Assembly (NCBI RefSeq): GCF_009914755.1
Contig: NC_060942.1
Source: the human T2T-CHM13v2.0 reference genome, Homo sapiens
Direction: 5' to 3' (one strand)
DNA: 64,000 nt
Part shown: one piece after another, positions 28,004 to 40,665 of the stretch
Numbering within the stretch: position 1 is the first letter of the stretch
Layout: the number at the start of each line of letters is the position of its first letter
The notes under the pieces: generated by a model
What the model saw: the letters and a program-made list of their open reading frames with translations, nothing else
What the model was told of the DNA's origin: nothing
The model's database searches: none
Translations under genes and position numbers: made by a program

Positions 28004-31000
28004 TCAACTCCCACTTATGAATGAGAACATGTGGTGTTTGGTTTTCTGTTCCTGTGTTAGTTTGCTGAGAATGATGGTTTCCAGCTTCATCCATGTCTCT
28101 GCAAAGGACATGAACACATCCTTTTTTATGGCTGCATAGTATTCCATGATGTATATGTGCCATATTTTCTTTACCCAGCCTATCATTGATGGAAATTTGG
28201 GTTGGTTCCAAGTCTTTGCTATTGTGAATAGCGCCACAATAAACATACATGTGCATGCGTCTTTAGAGTAGAATGATTTATGATCCTTTGAGTATATACC
28301 CAGTAATGGGATGGCTAGGTCAAATGGTATTTCTAGTTCTAGATCCTTGAGGAATTGCCATGTCTTCCACAATAGTTGAACTAATTTACAATCCCACCAA
28401 CAATGTAAAAGCATTCCTATTTCTCCACATCCTCTCCAGCACCTGTTGTTTCCTGACTTTTTAATGATCGCCATTCTAACTGGTGTTAAGATGGTATCTC
28501 ATTGTGGTTTTGATTTGCATTTCTCTGATGACCAGTGACGATGAGCATTTTTCATGTTTGTTGCCTGCATAAATGGCTTCTTTTGAGAAGTGTCTGTTCA
28601 TATCCTTTGCCCACTTTTGGATGGGGTTGTTTGTTTTTTTCTTGTAAATTTGTTTAAGTTCTTTGTAGATTCTGGATATTAGCCCTTTGTCAGATGGATA
28701 GATTGCAAAACTTTTCTCCCATTCTGTAGGTTGCCTGTTCATTCTGATGAGAGTTTATTTTGCTGTGCAGAAGCTCTCTAGTCTAATTAGATCCCATTTG
28801 TCAATTTTGGCTATTGTTGCCATTGCTTTTGGTGTTTTAGACATGAAGTCTTTGCCCATGCCTATGTCCTGAATGGTATTGCCTAGGTTTTTGTCTAGTA
28901 TTTTTATGGTCCCAGGTCTTATGTTTAAGTTTTTAATCCATCTTGAGTTAATTTTTGTATAAGGTATAAGGAAGGGGTCCAGTTTCAGCTTTCTGCATAT
29001 GGCTAGCCAGTTTTCCCAACACCATTTATTAAATAGGGAATCCTTTCCCCATTGCTTGTTTGTGTCAGGTTTGTCAAAGATCAGATGGTTGTAGATGTGT
29101 GGTGTTATTTCTGAGGCCTCTGTTCTGTTCTGTTGGTCTATATGTCTGTTTTGGTACCAGTACCGTGCTGTTTTGGTCACTGTAGCCTTGTAGTATAGTT
29201 TGAAGTCAGGTACTGTGATGCCTCCAGGTTTGTTCTTTTTGCCTAGGATTGTCTTGGCTACATGGGCTCTTTTTTGGTTCCCTATGAAGTGTAAAGTAGA
29301 TTTTTCCAATTCCGTGAAGAAAGTCAATGGTAGCTTGATGGGGATAGCATTGAATCTATAAATTATTTTGGGCAGTATCACCATTTTCACGGTATTGATT
29401 CTTCCTATCCATGAGCATAGAATGCTTTTCCATTTACTTGTGTCCTCTCTTATTTCCTTGAGCAGTGGTTTGTAGTTCTCCTTGAAGAGATCCTTCACAT
29501 CCCTTGTAAGTTGTATTCCTAGGTATTTTCTTCTCTTACTAGCAATTGTGAATAAGAGTTCACTCATGATTTGGCTCTGTTTGTCTGTTATTGTTGTATA
29601 GGAATGCTTGTGATTTTTGCACATTGATTTTTTATCCTGAGACTTTACTGAAGTTGCTTATCAGCTTAAGGAGATTTTGGGCTGAGATCATGGGGTTTTC
29701 TAAATACACAATCATGTTATCTGCAAACAGGGACAATTTGACTTCCTCTTTTCCTATTTGAATAGCCTTTATTTCTTTCTCTTTCCTCATTGCCCTGGCC
29801 AGAACTTCCAATACTATGTTGAATAGGAGTGGTGAGATAGGGCATCCTTGTCTTGTGCCAGTTTTCAAAGGAAATGTTCCAGTTTTTGCCCATTCAGTAT
29901 GATATTGGCTGTGGGTTTGTCATACATAGCTCTTATTATTTTGATATATGTTCCATCGATACCTAGTTTATTGAAAGTTTTTAGCATGAAGGCAAGTTGA
30001 ATTTTGTCCAAGGCCTTTTCTGCATCTATTGAGATAATCATGTGGTTTTTGTCATTGGTTCTGTTTATGTGATGGATTACATTTATTGATTTGCATATGT
30101 TGAACCAGCCTTGCATCCCAGATATGAAGCCGACTTGATCGTGGTGGATAAGCTTTTCGATGTGCTGCAGGATTCGTTTTGCCAGTATTTTATTGAGGAT
30201 TTTTGCATCAATGTTCATCAGGGATATTGGAATGAAAATTTCTTTTTCTGTTTTGTCTCTGCCAGGTTTTGGTATCGGAATGATGCTGGCCTCATAAAAT
30301 GAGTTAGGGAGGATTCTCTCTTTTTCTATTGATTGGAATCGTTTCAGAAGGAATGGTACCAGCTCCTCCTTGTACCTCTGGTAGAATTCAGCTGTGAATC
30401 CGTCTGGTCCTGGACTTTTTTTGGTTGGTAGGCTATTAATTACTGCCTCAATTTCAGAATTTGTTATTGGTCTCTTTAGGGATTCGACTTCTTCCTGGTT
30501 TAGTCTTGGGAGGGTGTATATGTGCAGGAATTTATCCATCTCTTCTAGATTTTCTAGTTTATTTGCGTAGAGGTGTTCATGATATTCTCTGATGGCAGTT
30601 TGTATTTCTGTGGGATCAGTGGTGATATTCCCTATATCATTTTTATTGTGTCTATTTGATTCTTCTCTCTTGTCTTCTTTATTAGTCTGGCTAGCAGTCT
30701 ATCTATTTTGTTGATCTTTTCAAAAAACCAACTCCTGGATTCATTGATTTTTTGAAGGGTTTTTCGTGTCTCTATCTCCTTCAGTTCTGCTCTAATCTTC
30801 ATTATTTCTTGTCTTCTGCTACCTTTTGAATTTGTTTGCTCTTGCTTCTCTAGTTCTTTTAATTTTGATGTTAGGGTGTCAATTTTAGATCTTTTCTGCT
30901 TTCCCTTGTGGGCATTTAGTGCTATACATTTCCCTCTACACACTGCTTTAAATGTGTCCCAGAGATTCTGGTACATTGTGTTGTTGTTCTCATTGGTTTC

Positions 31001-31836
31001 AAAGAACATCTTTATTTCTGCCTTCATTTCATTATTTACCCAGTAGTCATTCGGGAGCAGGTTGTTCAGTTTCCATGTAGTTGTGCGGTTTTAAGTGAGT
31101 TTCTTAATCCTGAGTTCTAATTTGATTGCACTGTGGTCTGAGAGACAGTTTATTATGCTTCCCATTCTTTTGCATTTGCTAAGGAATGTTTTACTTCCAA
31201 TTATACGGTCAATTTTAGAATAAGTGCGACGAGGTGCTGAGAATAATGTATATTCTGTTGATTTGGGGTGGAGAGTTCTGTAGATGTCTATTAGGTCCAC
31301 TTGGTCCAGAGCTGAGTTCAAGTCCTGAATATCCTTGTTAATTTTCTGTCTTGTTGATCTGTCTAATATTGACAGTGAGGTGTTAAAGTCTCCCACTATT
31401 ATTGTGTGGGAGTCTAAGTCTCTTCATAGATCTCTAAGAACTTGCTTTATGCATCTGGGTGCTACTGTATGGGGTGCATATATATTTAGGATACTTAGCT
31501 CTTCTTGTTGCATTGATCCCTTTACCATTATGTAATGGCCTTCTTTGTCTCTTTTGATCTTTGTTGGTTTAAAGTCTGTTTTACCAGAGATTAGGATTGC
31601 AACTCCTGCTTTTTTTATTTTTAATTTTTTTTCTTTCCATTTGCTTGGTAAATATTACTCCATCCCTTTATTTGGAGCCTATGTGTGTCTTTGCACATGA
31701 GATGGGCCTCCTGAATACAGCACACTGATGGGTCTTGACTCTTTATCCAATTTGCCAGCCTGTGTCTTTTAATTGGGGCATTTAGCCCATTTACATTTAA
31801 GGTTAATATTCTTATGTGTGAATTTGATTCTTTCAC
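28004..31836 (-). pseudogene. L1 ORF2 (endonuclease/reverse transcriptase), broken by frameshifts and stops
   Basis: EN motifs LTLNVNGLN, CCIQE, GDFN, SDH; RT motifs [15 protein letters not shown]; catalytic FADD reads FADN; C-terminal CWRGC...HCWWDC; split over at least 8 ORFs. Confidence 0.95.
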
Positions 31837-31899
31837 TATGATGCTAGCTGGTTATTTTGCCCATTAGTTGAAGCAGTTTCTTCATAGTGTCAATGGTCT

Positions 31900-32920
31900 A
31901 TACAATTTGTTATGTTTTTGCTGTGGTTGGTACCGGTTGTTCCTTTCCATGTTTAGTGCTTCCTTCAGGAGCTCTTGCCAGGCAGGCCTGGTGGTGACAA
32001 AATCTCTCAGCATTTGCTTGTCTGTAAAGGATTTTATTTCTCCTGCACTTATGAAGCTTAGTTAGGCTGGATATGAAATTCTGGGTTCAAAATTCTTCTC
32101 TTTAAGAATGTTGAATATTGGCCTCCACACTCTTCTGGCTTGTAGAGTTTCTGCAGAGAGATCTGCTGTTAGTCTGATGGGGTTCCGTTTGTGGGTAACC
32201 CAACCTTTCTCTCTGGCTGCCCTTAACATTTTTTCCTTCATTTCAACCTTGGTGAATCTGACAATTACGTGTCTTGGAGTTGCTGTTATTGAGGAGTATC
32301 TTTCTGGTCTTCTCTGTATTTCCTGAATTTGAATGTTGGCCTGTCTTGCTGGATTGGAGAAGTTCTCCTGGATAATATCCTGAGAGTGTTTTCCAGCTTG
32401 GTTCCATTGTCTCCATCACTTTCAGGTACAACAATCAAACATGGATTTGCTCTTTTCACATAGTCCCATATTTCTTGGAGGCTTTGTTCATTCCTTTTTA
32501 TTCTTTTCTCTCTAATCTTGTCTTCACATTTTATTTCATTAAGTTGATCTTCAATCTCTGATATCCTTTTTCTACTTGATCAATTTGGCTATTGATACTT
32601 GTGTATGCTTCACGAAGTTCTCGTGCTGTGCTTTTCAGCTCCATCAGTTCATTTATGTTCTTCTCTAAACTGATTATTCTAGTTAGCAATTTGTCTAACC
32701 TTTTTTCAAGGTTCTTAGCTTCCTTGCATTGGGTTAGAGCATGCTCCTTTAGCTCAGAGGAGTTTGTTATTACCCACCTTCTGAAGCCTACTTCTGTCAA
32801 TTCATCAGACTCATTCTCCATCCAGTGTTGTCCCCTTGCTGGCGAGGAGTTGTGATCCTTTGGGGAAGAGATGTTCTAGTTTTTGGAATTTTCAGCCTTT
32901 TTGCGCTGGTTTCTCCCCAT
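31900..32920 (-). pseudogene. L1 ORF1, disrupted
   Basis: ORF 32531-32821 (MENESDELTEVGFRRWVITNSSELKEH...) is the ORF1p coiled coil; the frame is lost downstream; boundaries approximate. Confidence 0.85.
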
Positions 32921-33605
32921 CTTTGTGGATTTATCTACCTTTGGTCTTTGATGTTGGTGACCTTCAGATGGGGTCTCTGAGTGGACGTGCTATTCCTTTC
33001 TGTTTGTTAGTTTTCCTTCTAACAGTCAGGCCCCTCTGCTGCAGGTCTGCTGCAGTTTGCTAGAGGTCCACTCCAGACCCTGTTTGCCTGGGTATCACCA
33101 GCAGAGGCTGCAGAACAGCAAAGATTGCTGCCTGTTTTTCCTCTGGAAGCTTTATTCCAAAGGGGCACCTGCCAGATGTCAGCCAGAGCTCTCCTGTATG
33201 AGGTGTCTATCGGTCCCTACTCGGAGATGTCTCCCAGTCAGGATACACAGGGGTCAGAGACCCACTTGAGGAGGCAGTCTGACCCTTAGCAGAGCTCAAA
33301 TGCTGTGCTGGGAGGTCCACTGCTCTCTTCTGAGCTGCCAGGCAGGGACGTTTAAGTCTGCTGAAGCTGCACCCACAGCTGCCCCTTCCCCCAGGTGCTC
33401 TGTCCCAGGGAGATGGGGATTTTATCTGTAAGTCCCTGACTGGGGCTTTGCGTTTTTTTTCAGAGATGCCCTGCCCAGAGAGGAGAAATCTCTGGCAGTC
33501 TGGCCACAGCGGCCTTGCTGAGTTTCAGTAGGCTCTGCCCAGTTCGAACATCCTAGCAGCTTTGTTTACACTGTGAGGGTAAAACTGCCTACTCAAGCCT
33601 CAGCA

Positions 33606-33884
33606 ATGGTGGACGCCCCTCCCCCAACCAAGCTCAAGTGTCTCAGGTCGACCTCAGACTGCTGTGCTGACGGCAAGAATTTCAACCCACTGGATCTTAG
33701 TTTGCTGGGCTCCGTGGGGGTAGGACCTGCTGAGCCAGACTCCTTGGCTCCCTGGCTTCACTCCCCTTTCCAGGAGAGTGAATGGTTCTGTCTTGCTGGC
33801 ATTCCAGGTGCCACTGGGATACAAAAAAAAACTCCTGCAGCTAGTTTTGTGTCTGCCCAAACAGCCACCCAGTTTTGTGCTTGA
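33606..33884 (+). other. L1 ORF0-like antisense reading frame in the L1PA7 5'UTR (92 aa)
   Basis: MVDAPPP...SDCCA...SVGVGPAEP resembles the remembered ORF0 N-terminus (MAGAPPP...SDCCA...SVGVGPSEP); Kozak context GCAATGG. Confidence 0.6.
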
Positions 33885-34419
33885 AACTCAGGGCCCTGGT
33901 GGGGTAGGCACCAGAGGGAATCTCCTGGTCTGCAGGTTGTGAAGACCATGGGAAAAGTGCAGTATCTGGGCTGGAGTGCACAGTTCCTCAGGCTCAGTCC
34001 CTCATGGCTTCCCTTGGGTAGAGGAGAAAATTCCCCAACCTCTTGCCCTTCCTGGGTGAGGCGACGCCCTGCCCTGTTTCGGCTTGCCCTCTGTGGGCTG
34101 CACCCACTGTCCAACCAATCCCAATGAGATGAACTGGGTACCTCAGTTGGAAATGCAGAAATCACCCAACCTTCTGCGTCAATCTCACTGGGAGCTGCAC
34201 ACCAGAGCTGTTCCTATTCAGCCATCTTGCCAGCAATCCCTATTAAATCGTGTTTCCTAAGTTTTTTGCTTTGGTAAGTTTCTTGTACAATCTGCATGAA
34301 TGTTATTTCATACACTGGCTCCTCTAATTGTGGGATAAAAAACCTGTGAGTAAGACTTTAGGATCAGGTACAGTTTTTAAAGATATTACCAATTGCCTTC
34401 ATCAAGGGTGTGCCTTTTT

Positions 34420-34560
34420 ATCCTTGGAAAATATTTTACATAAAAATTCCTAGACCCCACTCCAAACCTACCAAATCAGAATCTCTAAGGGTGGAAGCCC
34501 AATAACTGACTTTTTAGAAACAGCTTCCTTTGTAATGGTGATGTTCAACTACATCTGGGG
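34420..34560. mobile_element. MER5-like hAT fragment
   Basis: CCCCACTCCAAACCTACCAAATCAGAATCTCTAAGGGTGGAAGCCC. Confidence 0.65.
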
Positions 34561-34721
34561 ACAGCTGTCCTGCCTCAGAGAGGAACACTCTTCACTCATC
34601 AGAAGGAGGAAGCCACTGCTGCCCTACTGTGCAGAACCTGCTTACCTGAGTAGGCAGAGGCCTTCCCCACGACCTCATCAAAATTCTCTTCTTGTATATA
34701 TAATCATGCCTAAGAGGATTA

Positions 34722-34818
34722 TGCACACACACACACTCATATATATACATATATATACACACACACAAACCATACATACAAATGTTCATGTATACAGACA
34801 CATCCATATACATATATC
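34722..34818. repeat. (CA)n/(TA)n compound microsatellite
   Basis: Alternating CACACA and TATATA runs. Confidence 0.85.
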
Positions 34819-35044
34819 TGTAGTCACATGGAATTGGAGTCTCTCTGAAAAGAAAGGCACAAAGTGGTACTAATGGCTGTCTTCAGGGAGAGTAACGGGG
34901 TAGCCAGAGTATGGGGTGGAAGGCAGACACTTTTCTCTGTTGAATTGTATACCCTGTGCATGTTTTACTTTTTGAAAAACAAATAAACTTATAAAAACTC
35001 TCTCTTCTTTCACTGAATCTGGGACACTATTTCTAACAATGCCG

Positions 35045-35330
35045 CAATGATTTTAAAATATTTCTGCAAATGTTTTAACAATTCCTTGCATCAAAAGTGG
35101 ATTCTAATTCCCCACCCTGTTCTGAATATAGGCCAAACTCAGTGACTTGCTTCTTCTCCTGAAAAGAATGTGGCAGAAGTGACTTCCAAGCCTAGTTAAT
35201 AAAAGGATGACTTCTCCCTGGCTTGCTGTCTGTCACGGATGGTCTCCTCTGGGGGAAGCCAGCTGCCATGTTATGAGGACACTCAACAGTATGTGCAGTC
35301 TGTGGAGAGGCTCACCTGGGACAAGAAGAG
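35045..35330 (+). mobile_element. MLT1 (MaLR LTR, F/G/H-like) fragment
   Basis: AGAATGTGGCAGAAGTGAC, CTCTGGGGGAAGCCAGCTGCCATGTTATGAGGACACTCAA, TGTGGAGAGGCTCAC. Confidence 0.8.
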
Positions 35331-35579
35331 CAAGAGGTATGCCATGTTCAAAAGAGAAAGGACAACTCGTAGAGACATACCTAGAGACAGGGAGCAGGTA
35401 GAGTTCTGCCAGCCTTGGAAAGAAGGAGTGACAGGTCTTCCTTTGGGGGAGAATAGAGAAGGAAGAAAAAAAGAGAAGTAGATGATACAGAAATTTGGAT
35501 ACGGAAGGGAGAGAAGTTCGTAAGTTCAAAGCAAAATATCTCACTATTTCTATGGCATTAGAGTGAGATAAAAAGCTTA

Positions 35580-35900
<321 letters not shown>

Positions 35901-36419
35901 AACAAGCTTAACAGAAGAGGTAAAGATTCCCAACAGTCACTAAAACAGAGGAAACAGAGATGACTCATTTAACCATTCAGAAGCAACATGTCCAATGAGG
36001 TTCTAGAATTCATCCCTTTAAGCCTACCACCATCTCCATTCAAAGCAACACTTGGTTAACCACTCTTCAAGCTCTCCAAGAAAATATTTCACAACTTTGA
36101 AATTAATCATTCAAAGTTATTCCACATATTAAGCCTTAATTATTAGTTATATAAATTAATTCTTTATCCTCTTGAAGGCAAGAATGATTGCCCAACATTA
36201 CTTTCAGAATGCCCTTTCCCTATTCCTAAACCTCTCTCCAAAAGGCCGAATGAGGAATAAACTCAATTCCTATATGGTCTATCAGCTAGTCCTTCACTTT
36301 CTCTTATTGTCTTTAGGGAAACACCAAAATCTCCCTCAGTCAATCAAAATTTGAACCTGTCTCTAAACTTGAGCCAATGCCATAGATAAAGGTATAAATA
36401 TCACACATAATTCATTTCA

Positions 36420-37580
36420 ACAACCATTTCACAAGGATGTGACACTCAAAAGCACCTGAACAAGCACTGAGGGAAGACTAGAATTTCCTAAAGAAAGGTG
36501 TTTTCCATCCAGTAGGAGAGATAAGCCATGTATATAAATAACTGCAATCAAAGCAGAATGTACTAAATAGAATGACAGATAGCACACCAAGCACACAGGG
36601 GAGAAAGCCTGCACTACAACTAGGAGATTGGAGGTTTCACTGCATTTGAGTTGAACTTAAAGAATGAGAAAGATTCCAACAAGTAGAGAAAGAAAAAAAA
36701 TATTTGAGAAAATGTGAACACTGAGCAAAAGGCATGACAGGGAGAAGAGCATAGGCCTTGGTGCAGACGGCCTGCCATTGATGTCTGGGGAAGGGATGAC
36801 TGACTGCAAACAGTTCTGTCTGACAAGGGTCACATATCAAGGGCCAGGAGCAACATAGCAAGATTCTTTTCATGCATTCGCCAACTATTTTACTGAGCAC
36901 TTACTACATGTGACGCACTGTGCTGGGCACTGCAGATAAAGCAGTAAACAAAGCAAAGTTCCAGTCTTCACAGAGCTCACATTCTAACTGAAAACAGAAC
37001 CTAAAGAAACACACAGATAATCCATATGCCAGGTTGTGATGAGTGCTAATGTCAGGGAGGCCTCTACCACAGGCGGATCTGAACACGAAGCAATGAGGGA
37101 GTGGAAACTGACCTGTGTGAAGAGTGTTCCCAGTAAGGAGAAGTGTAGAAGTCCTGAGATGGCTGCTTATGAAGCTGCTCAAGGAACAACAGAAGCCAAG
37201 GAGACAGAGCAGGGTGCACAAAGGGGGAGAAGGCAAGAGATGAGACCAGAAAGGCAGGAAATGGCCAGACTGCAGGCAACCCTGCAGATCCTGGAACAGA
37301 CTTTCATTTTATTATGAATGACATGAGAATGAGACTAAAGGGTTAGGAAGAGAAGAAAGCACTTAAGGAACCCTATGGAAGGCAAGGGTGGAAACAGGGA
37401 GGCCACTGAAGAGTCTGTAGCAGTGATCCAGGTGAGAGAGGATGGTGGCTTGGGGGTAGATGGCAGCATTAGAGTGCAGGAGAATGAGCCAGAATCCAGA
37501 TACATTTCGAAGGTACAGCAGCCAGGACTGGCGACAGACAGGATTACAGAGAAAAAGAAATGACTCCCAGGTTTTTGGCA
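36420..37580 (-). mobile_element. L2 fragments
   Basis: TTTACTGAGCACTTACTACATGTG...TGTGCTGGGCACTG, AGCTCACATTCTA, GTGATCCAGGTGAGAGAGGATGGTGGCTTGG. Confidence 0.8.
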
Positions 37581-38479
37581 AAACACACACACAAGAGAAA
37601 ATTAGCCTGGAACTACAGGCTGGGCCTGATCAAAAATCATCCTCCAAATTGAGGTCTGGGAACCTCCAGGGGAAGCTGAAACAGGACGCCTTCACCTAAG
37701 GCTGTCGTCTCTGTGCTACCACTATTCCCTTGCCTACAAAGTGAAGTAAATGGTTAGATTTGTGTTTCTCAAACTAGGATACCCATATGAGCATTCAAGC
37801 CACACTACAATCTTACCAGTCTTCCCAGAAAGTTAGTTGTATTAACAGACTCAGGGGTAATTTATATTTACTAGTTCTATTTATTAAAACAAAAATCTAG
37901 TATGAGTGAAAGGGAAAACACTGCCTAAATATCTACACAAAAGTGCATTTATGGGAGCAGAAGTACATACATATTTGACTGGCATTTGGCATTCTTTAAT
38001 GGAAGAGTTTGAGATGTTCTGATTTAAATACATCTCTGGGCCCTTCAGCTATAATGTTCTGTGTTTTAAGTATATTTTACTAGTTTTCAACCCTGAGAGT
38101 CATCTAGTGGGAAAAATACCGAAGATGTGGTTTTGGAAAATAAAATTTAATTGTTAGCATCTTTCATAATGTGTAAGAGCAGCCAAGAATAGGTGGAAGG
38201 TGGCAGTGGGGAAGGTGCAAGACAAGAAGGGCTGCAAAGCCCCTAATCGTGATGAGTAGGGAGCCAAAGAAGCTGTCAAAAATTTGTGGGAAAAGACATA
38301 GACAATTATTCTGAAAAAGAGAGGAGCAGAAGTAGTATAAATAAAGATAGTTTTCACCTTTCCCATGCAAACGTCAACAAAAAGTGTATAAAAGTTGATT
38401 AAGAAGTCACAGAGGTATAGACACACTATCTAGAGTGTGGAGGAGTAAATGAAATAGCCAGTAATTAGGTAAAAAAGGT

Positions 38480-39540
38480 GCTCAGAGTCACCAGGCCCAA
38501 GGAAATGCACATTAAAATAACAATATGATACCCTTTTATACCCATTAGATTGTTCAAAAATTAAAAAGAGCTATGATGTGAGGGCAAGGGTACTTTGTTA
38601 GGTGTGATTTTAGAAAATAACCTGAAAGGATTTATCAACATAAAAAAATGCAAGTACCAACAATCCACTCCTGGGAATCTATGCCATAAAAATAAAAGCA
38701 CTAAGATGTAGGACAAATGTATTAAGGATGGTTATTCTGGCATTATTTGAGAAGAAAAACATGAAAAAATGTACTGCTTAGCAATACGGGAATGGCAGAA
38801 TAAAACATGTCCCTGGATATGCCAGCATTATTTGCAGACAAATTTTGAGAGTAAAAAAGTTGATACCTAACAATATAGAAATTTCAGAATAAATTATGGT
38901 ACATCATCACACCATAAAATATTAGCAGCCTTTATAAACAGTGAACTGAATTTGTCCCAGCTGAGTTCAGAAAACTACCAGGTGAGAAAAGTGAGTTCCA
39001 GTGGAGCCAGGGGATGCTGGTACGGATAAAGAGGAAGGAAAGGATGAGAGAGGGAAATGGCTAAAATGGAGAAGAAATTGAAAATGCACAGAAAGGCAAG
39101 CATACAATTATCTGGCTAAGCAATATTGTATATATGGGTTTATTTGTGTAATTAACAAAACATTCATGGATATTTGTTTTGTATTCTTTTTTGAGAACCA
39201 GACTATCAGCTCAGAGGTGGAACTGAGGGGCCAGGCACAGGCAGATGGACACCGGCTGTGTTGAGACACCCTGGGTCCTTCCAAACAGGCTACTAAGGCC
39301 CCAACACATGCAACAGAGCAGTGAAGTCCAGGTGTCAATAGTACTTAACAGGGAAGGGCATGGCAAAAGAGAAGGAGGAGCAGAGGCAACCAGAAAAGGT
39401 GCTTAAAACAGAAAAGAGGTGGTCTCTAGGGAATGGGTAAACTAGGGACAAGGAAAGTCAGGAAGGAAACTATCGTTTGTGATCATAAGCCTTTCTGGGC
39501 TCTGATTTGTCACAAGGTACAGGTATCACTTTTAAAATAA
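38480..39540 (+). mobile_element. Ancient L1ME-like fragments
   Basis: GGAAATGCACATTAAAATAACAATATGATACC, CAATCCACTCCTGGGAATCTAT, AATAAATTATGGTACATC. Confidence 0.6.
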
Positions 39541-40619
39541 TGAATTTAAAAAATAATAAACTCAGCAGAAACCTTCCAAGCCATAAGGGATTGGGGTCCT
39601 ACCTTTACCCTCATTAAACAGAAGAACTGTCAGCCAAGAATTCTGTATCCAGCAAAATTAACTTTCACAAATGAAGGAGAAATAAATTCATTTCAGACAA
39701 ACAAATGCTGAGGGAATTCGTCACTACCAGAATAGTCCTACAAGAAATGCTAAAAGGAGTTCCAAATCTTGAAACAAAAGCTCAATCTACACCAGAATAG
39801 AACCTCTTGAAAGCATAAAACTCATAAAAACCTGTAAAACAACAACACAACAAAGAAAACAAAGTAGCTATGTAATAATTAACATGATGACTGGAACAAT
39901 ACATCACATCTCAATATTAACAAGGAACATAAATTGCCTAAATGATCCACTTAAAAGATACAGATTGGCAGAATGCTTAAAAAAAAATCACAAACCAAAT
40001 ATCTGCTGTCTTTAAGAGACCCATCTAACATGTAAGAATTCATCTAAACTCAAGATAAACAGGTGGAAACAAATATTCCATGCAAATGGAAACCAAAAGT
40101 GAGCAGGAGTAGCTATCCTTACATCAGACAAAACAAACTTTAAAGCAATAGCAGTTAAAAAAGACAAAGAGGGACATTATATAATGATAAACGGACTAGT
40201 CCAACAGGAAACTATCACCCTAAATATATATGCACCTAACACTGGAGCTCCAAATTTATAAAACAATTACTACTACACCTAAGAAATGAGACAGACAGCA
40301 AAACAATAATAGTAGGAGACTTCAACACTCCACTGACAGGACTAGACAGATCATCAAGACAGAATGTCAACAAAGAAACAATGGACTTAAACTACACACT
40401 AGAACAAATGGACTTAACTGGTATCTACAGAACATTTTACCCAAGAACTGCAGAATATATATTCTTCTCAACAGCACATGGAGCATTCTCCAAGACAGAC
40501 CATATGATAGGCCAAAAAACAAGTTTCAATATATTTTTAAAAACTGAAGTCATATCAAGTATCTTTTCAGACCACAGTGGAATAAAACTAGAAATCAACT
40601 CCAAAAGGAGCCCTCAAGA

Positions 40620-40665
40620 CTATATATCTATATATATATACATATACACACACACACATATATTA
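40620..40665. repeat. (TA)n(CA)n microsatellite inside L1PB
   Basis: TATATATCTATATATATATACATATACACACACACACA. Confidence 0.85.

Larger units (their letters stand above)
27778..34240 (-). mobile_element. Full-length (about 6.46 kb) inactivated LINE-1, L1PA7-like
   Basis: 5' end GGGATTGCTGGCAAGATGGCTGAATAGGAACAGCTC with YY1 site; ORF1 and ORF2 fragments in order; L1PA7-type 3'UTR; TSD CG(A/T)GTTTCCT(G/A)AGTT at 27763-27777 and 34249-34263. Confidence 0.95.

Noticed and set aside
28755-30539. 289-aa and 224-aa ORFs as functional genes
   Set aside because: They are fragments of frameshifted L1 ORF2 with a mutated RT catalytic motif (FADN).
37035-37084. C/D-box snoRNA-like pattern (GTGATGA ... 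CTGA)
   Set aside because: It is only about 47 nt, lies within an L2 relic whose consensus supplies these motifs, and is on the strand opposite the inferred host transcript.
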